NCBI GenBank assembly: GCA_016929305.1
Contig: JAFGJC010000471.1
Location: forward strand, 1 to 10,589
From: a candidate division CSSED10-310 bacterium
GTDB taxonomy: Bacteria; CSSED10-310; JAFGJC01
Direction of reading: 5' to 3'
DNA length: 10,589 nucleotides
The stretch's first letter is position 1; every line of letters begins with the position of its first letter. Below are positions 7,205-10,589 of the stretch, piece by piece. The position numbers and the translations under genes are program-made. The notes beneath the pieces were generated by a model. The model was not told where the DNA came from and searched no databases. It saw only the letters and a list, made by a program, of their open reading frames with translations.

Positions 7205-7258
7205 ATTGATTTCACATTGTCGATTTCTATAAAATTTAACATAGAATCAGGAATTTTG

Positions 7259-7540
7259 ATGAAAAAAAAGCGGGATGAAGCCGAACAGGAAAGATTAGGA
7301 CAAGAACTTAGTAAAGTCATCGCCGACCTGGTCTCTAATTCACATGAAGTTCAGGACATCGTTTATGCCATGCATAAAAAGGGTTATAAACCAAATATTT
7401 GGCTATCTGTTTATATTCTTCTTTCCGACAGCAATCCCAATGATACCTCTTTAGAAATGATAGATTACAATCTTTCAGCACAGGACATAAAATGGCTGCG
7501 ATCCATTAATATTGATGCTAATAACAAATCTGCAGAATAA
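7259..7540 (+). CDS. Small hypothetical protein (93 aa) that I could not assign to a family. The ORF track's 7199 start is an upstream extension; the ATG at 7259 has AGGAA 8 nt upstream.
   Basis: MKKKRDEAEQERLGQELSKVIADLVSNSHEVQDIVYAMHKKGYKPNIWLSVYILLSDS… is an open frame of plausible coding composition with an SD-like element. No motifs were recognised. Confidence 0.5.
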   Translation: MKKKRDEAEQERLGQELSKVIADLVSNSHEVQDIVYAMHKKGYKPNIWLSVYILLSDSNPNDTSLEMIDYNLSAQDIKWLRSINIDANNKSAE

Positions 7541-7963
7541 TTAGAGTGCTTTAATGCCGGGAATGTGTTTCATTCCGTCGACTTTTTCGTTTAATTTGCA
7601 CCTGATTTTAAATTCGGGATTTCTGAAAACAATTGAAAACCCGTGATCTCGCTGGAAAAGTTTCACATCATCAAGCGTTTTCTGAGTATTATCGGAATCT
7701 ATCTTGGCAACAGTACCTTCCTTTAAATTTACAATGAATACACCAAACTTAGTTGTTGTAATTTTTAAATTCAATCCTTCTTTATCACGGAAAATTTTAC
7801 CTTCTTCATCGGTTAACCAACCATCTTCATTCGCAGGATTAGCAAGAATCTGGTCTGTAACATCAATCCATTCCGAAGATTTCACATTTTCTTGAGCAAA
7901 AGAAGGTGAAGTCAGCAAGAATGTGCTCAAAACTAACATAACAAGTAAAAGCTGCCGTTTCAT
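7541..7963 (-). CDS. Secreted hypothetical protein (~140 aa) with an N-terminal signal peptide. The real start is the ATG at 7963 (MKRQLLLVMLVLSTFLLTSPSFA|QE), preceded by a strong AGGAGG SD. The ORF track's 8056 start is an extension.
   Basis: The reverse complement of 7961-7986 reads GTTTTTATTAGGAGGTTAGGTATG. The signal peptide is typical (positive n-region, hydrophobic core, AxA-like SFAQ). The mature part is beta-rich and Lys/Asp-rich with no recognised domain. Confidence 0.6.
   Translation of the reverse strand: MKRQLLLVMLVLSTFLLTSPSFAQENVKSSEWIDVTDQILANPANEDGWLTDEEGKIFRDKEGLNLKITTTKFGVFIVNLKEGTVAKIDSDNTQKTLDDVKLFQRDHGFSIVFRNPEFKIRCKLNEKVDGMKHIPGIKAL
7559..7587 (+). terminator. Possible weak intrinsic terminator for the 7259..7540 gene. 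The stem is GGAATG/CATTCC with loop TGTTT, followed after 6 nt by a TTTTT run. It lies inside the 3' end of the convergent minus-strand CDS.
   Basis: Inverted repeat at 7560-7565 and 7571-7576 with a T5 run at 7583-7587. The U-run is not immediately adjacent, so this is weak. Confidence 0.25.
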
Positions 7964-8068
7964 ACCTAACCTCCTAATAAAAACAACTGTTCTGCTGGTG
8001 CAACATAACATGGTTGTCTTGTGATGTCCAGGCACTTGAGTTGAGATGCAGAGCATTCCTGTCAGTTG

Positions 8069-8097
8069 CTTGACAGACAGCCCAAAATGTTATTAGT
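8069..8097 (+). promoter_or_regulatory. Candidate promoter for the methyltransferase/glycosyltransferase operon. A TTGACA -35-like hexamer (8069-8074) is embedded in an inverted repeat CTGTCA-N6-TGACAG (8058-8075). TATTAG follows ~16 bp downstream (8091-8096).
   Basis: The sequence itself. The -10 lacks the terminal T, so it is weak. If real, it implies the CDS starts at the ATG at 8111/8117 rather than the TTG at 8066. Confidence 0.25.
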
Positions 8098-8110
8098 TCT
8101 TGAGCTGAGA

Positions 8111-9247
8111 ATGATAATGAATCCTACTGCATTACCACCGGACAAATACCAGCGCTACCGTCAGGCAGCCCAGATAATCCATGCAAATTGCGATATGCAG
8201 TCTGCCGTCAGTATTCTGGATATCGGTGCCAGTGAAAATTTACTGGCAATGTTCCTGCCCGGAGCAAACGTCATTCAGCTTGACAAATCCCCAGGTAAGA
8301 ATTCAAAACACATAATATGTGGAAATGCTCAGCAGCTTCCTTTTTCCGACAATACTTTCTCCTTCGCTATCGCACTCGATCTACTTGAACACTTGCCAAA
8401 ATCGGATCGCCAGCAGGCGGTACGTGAAGCCGGGAGAGTCGCTCAGAATGGTCTCATTATCGCGTTTCCTGTTCAATCCAACACCACCGAAAAACTGGAA
8501 AACATCCTTAACGCGATTGAAGTATCTACGCGAGGTCAGACCAATCCATTTCTCGATGAGCACCATCTTCACGGGTTAGTTGAAGAAGCACCATTGATTC
8601 AATATCTCAAGACTGTTTATCCCTTCGTCATATCACTTCCCAATTATAATCTTACCGCGTGGTTTCTAGGCAGTATTTGGGAAGAAATTTTCGCTATGCT
8701 TCCATGTTCAGAAAGGTTAAAGGTTTCGATATATGAGTTATTCAATAGATTGTATTTCGATACGAATTTGAAGCATCCGGTTTATCGCTTAACTGTTGTT
8801 GCGAGTAACAGCCAAATGAAACTACCCGAACCATCTGATGTTTCTGCCGATCTGGTGAAAACCGCTGAAATGCTTCAATCCGATGTGACACGTACTTTTG
8901 AATCCCTAAAATCCCTTGATACGTATGCCAGGAAAATGCAACTGGAACTTGACGACAGTTCTACCTCACGAAAATCTCTTGAAAACGCCTATCTTCGCTT
9001 GGAAAAAGAAATACACCAGAAAACTCGGGAACTCAGCGAATTGACACGATCCAACCATCTTCTCCAAAAAGAATATGATTCAACAAAAAAATACGTTGAA
9101 AAAGTTGAAATTGCGTATCGTCACAGTCTAAGTTTAATCTCATCGCTAGAACAGCATATCACTGATCTTCAGAATGAGTTGATACGTATACTGACGGATC
9201 CTTCCGGTTCAAGAAAATCTGACAACCGTGATGATGAAGTCCCATGA
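8111..9247 (+). CDS. Class I SAM-dependent methyltransferase (Methyltransf_11-like) with a ~120-aa C-terminal coiled-coil. The start is uncertain: candidates are TTG 8066, ATG 8087, ATG 8111, and ATG 8117.
   Basis: Motif I is ILDIGASENLL, the acidic post-I motif is VIQLDKSP, and motifs II/III are ICGNAQQLPFSDNTFSFAIALDLLEHL. The C-terminal heptad-rich segment runs KTAEMLQSDVTRTFESLKSLDTYARKMQLELDD…LEKEIHQKTRELSELTRSNHLLQKEYDSTKKYVEKVEIAYRHSLSLISSLEQHITDLQNELIRIL. Confidence 0.8.
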   Translation: MIMNPTALPPDKYQRYRQAAQIIHANCDMQSAVSILDIGASENLLAMFLPGANVIQLDKSPGKNSKHIICGNAQQLPFSDNTFSFAIALDLLEHLPKSDRQQAVREAGRVAQNGLIIAFPVQSNTTEKLENILNAIEVSTRGQTNPFLDEHHLHGLVEEAPLIQYLKTVYPFVISLPNYNLTAWFLGSIWEEIFAMLPCSERLKVSIYELFNRLYFDTNLKHPVYRLTVVASNSQMKLPEPSDVSADLVKTAEMLQSDVTRTFESLKSLDTYARKMQLELDDSSTSRKSLENAYLRLEKEIHQKTRELSELTRSNHLLQKEYDSTKKYVEKVEIAYRHSLSLISSLEQHITDLQNELIRILTDPSGSRKSDNRDDEVP

Positions 9248-10589
9248 AACGTTTACTTGTTTTTGGATTAAGCCCGTTACCTTTCGAAAACACCACTAAG
9301 AATTTCGGCCCCGGAATACGTGCCTGGCAATTCATTCAACCGCTTCTTCAGCATGACTGTGAAGTCATGCTTCTCGCTAATCGAATTCCATATATTTATC
9401 CTGAGAATACGCCTCCGGAGGTCACCATATCGAAAGGCTCTTTCAACTACACACACATGTCAGATCATGTGTTTCGAAATCAGCAAAAAATTCAAGCATA
9501 TTATGATCGTTTTAAACCCGACGCCATATTATCTGCAACAATTTTCGCATCTCCACCGTTGAAGACGTTAAAAACGGATCTGCCAATCTGGATTGATCTT
9601 TTTGGACATGTCATGGCAGAAGCTCAGGCAAAAGCGTACAGATATCAAAGTAACGATTACCTGGAACATTTTTGGAAACACGAAATTTCAGCTTTGGAAA
9701 CCGGTGATATTTTCTCAACCGTCTCGAAAGCACAGGAATATGCCACTATCGGTGAGCTGGGTCTGCTGGGAAGACTGAGTGCTCAGACAACAGGCTATCG
9801 ATTTACACGTGTCATTCCATGTGCTATGGATCCAGATCCACTTGAACATAAAACGCAAGCTTTTCGTGGCATCGACGTTCCCGAGGATGCATTTGTTGTT
9901 TTATGGAGTGGTGGATATAACACTTGGACCGATATTGACACGCTTTTTGAAGGTCTAGATAAGGCAATGTCTAAAAATCCGGATATCTGGTTTGTGTCGA
10001 CAGGAGGACAAATAGACGGGCACGATGAAAAAACCTATCCAAAATTCCTTCGCAAAATAGCCAAATCCAGGTACAAGAATCGATTCATAATGAAGGGATG
10101 GATCCCTAAAATAGGAGTGACCGATTATTATTTCGAAGCAGATATTGGCATTAACATTGACTTGTTCATGTATGAGGGAATGTTTGGTTCCAAGAATAGA
10201 GTTCTTGACTGGATGCGCGCAGGATTGCCCAGCCTTATTGGAGAATTATGTGAGCTTTCACATGATCTTCCAGAAAAAAAACTTGCATTCAATTATCCGC
10301 TTCAGAATGCAGACGCGCTTGCCGAAAAACTGCTATATCTAGCTAAAAACCGAGATATGGTGCGGGAAACAGGACAACGTGCAAAGGAATTCGGTCTGAA
10401 ATATTTAACTTTCGAAGCATCTACCAGAATGTTTCAGAATTGGCTGATCTCTCCTGAAAAATCACCCGATCATAGCAACAAGAATATAAAAACACCTTCG
10501 TTCATATCATCCAGAACGAAGATCAACAGTGATACGTTGACCTCTCTGCAAAACGCTCACGATCATATCCTTGAACTCGAAAACTATAT
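9244..10589 (+). CDS. Glycosyltransferase, family GT4 (group 1, GT-B fold), 3' partial. It runs off the window and starts at an ATG overlapping the methyltransferase stop (ATGA). It is not listed in the ORF track.
   Basis: My translation gives MKRLLVFGLSPLPFENTTKNFGPGIRAWQFIQPLLQHDCEVMLLANRIPY…VVLWSGGYNTWTDIDTLFEGLDKAMSKNPDIWFVSTGGQ…FEADIGINIDLFMYEGMFGSKNRVLDWMRAGLPSLIGE…. It contains the GT4 EX7E-type motif (E…G.FGSKNRVLDWMRAGLP) and the C-terminal Rossmann-half architecture. Confidence 0.8.
   Translation, partial: MKRLLVFGLSPLPFENTTKNFGPGIRAWQFIQPLLQHDCEVMLLANRIPYIYPENTPPEVTISKGSFNYTHMSDHVFRNQQKIQAYYDRFKPDAILSATIFASPPLKTLKTDLPIWIDLFGHVMAEAQAKAYRYQSNDYLEHFWKHEISALETGDIFSTVSKAQEYATIGELGLLGRLSAQTTGYRFTRVIPCAMDPDPLEHKTQAFRGIDVPEDAFVVLWSGGYNTWTDIDTLFEGLDKAMSKNPDIWFVSTGGQIDGHDEKTYPKFLRKIAKSRYKNRFIMKGWIPKIGVTDYYFEADIGINIDLFMYEGMFGSKNRVLDWMRAGLPSLIGELCELSHDLPEKKLAFNYPLQNADALAEKLLYLAKNRDMVRETGQRAKEFGLKYLTFEASTRMFQNWLISPEKSPDHSNKNIKTPSFISSRTKINSDTLTSLQNAHDHILELENY

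Noticed and set aside
8034-8040. CTTGAGT heptamer, identical to one HspR HAIR half-site.
   Set aside because: There is no ACTCAAG partner 7 bp away. It is followed instead by a TTGAG direct repeat, so it is probably chance.
1-10589. Screen for CRISPR repeats, tRNA/rRNA genes, IS elements/inverted terminal repeats, integrases, and toxin-antitoxin or other defence-system signatures.
   Set aside because: I saw no repeated spacer-repeat structure, no cloverleaf-compatible conserved tRNA stretches in the short intergenic regions, and no transposase/integrase-like ORFs. The window reads as core-genome-like envelope and regulatory loci.

Overview
The window holds twelve protein-coding genes in compact, AT-rich bacterial DNA. 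I found no tRNA, rRNA, CRISPR array, or IS/transposon signature.

Layout:
- **1..218, + strand:** the 3' end of a Lon protease gene.
- **215..7049, - strand:** seven tightly packed co-directional genes, with gaps of 0-19 bp or overlaps. In transcription order these are a polytopic TPR/zinc-ribbon membrane protein, a DUF4388/MshEN-like–TM–pseudopilin(GspG)-like fusion protein, an SPFH/band-7 protein, a YjbQ-family protein, an HspR-like MerR regulator, a short RpoD-like sigma-70 family factor, and a PfkB-family kinase.
- **7050..7258:** a divergent intergenic region that contains a perfect 14-bp palindrome.
- **7259..7963:** a convergent pair of small orphan genes, one of them secreted.
- **8066..10589, + strand:** a class I SAM-methyltransferase with a long C-terminal coiled-coil, overlapping by 4 bp a GT4 (group 1) glycosyltransferase that runs off the window. 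The provided ORF track does not list this glycosyltransferase because it has no stop codon inside the window.

The most unusual element is the 420-aa fusion protein at 3895..5157. It combines two tandem 24-residue motifs matching the MshEN-type c-di-GMP-binding consensus (separated by exactly 5 residues), a single TM helix, and a periplasmic domain with the GspG-pseudopilin C-terminal signature (D-x-WGN … GADG-x-P … DI). It has no prepilin leader or N-terminal pilin helix, and it is translationally coupled (TGATG) to the TPR/zinc-ribbon membrane protein.

Several starts in the ORF track are TTG/GTG extensions. I suggest the downstream ATG instead wherever it carries a Shine-Dalgarno sequence.
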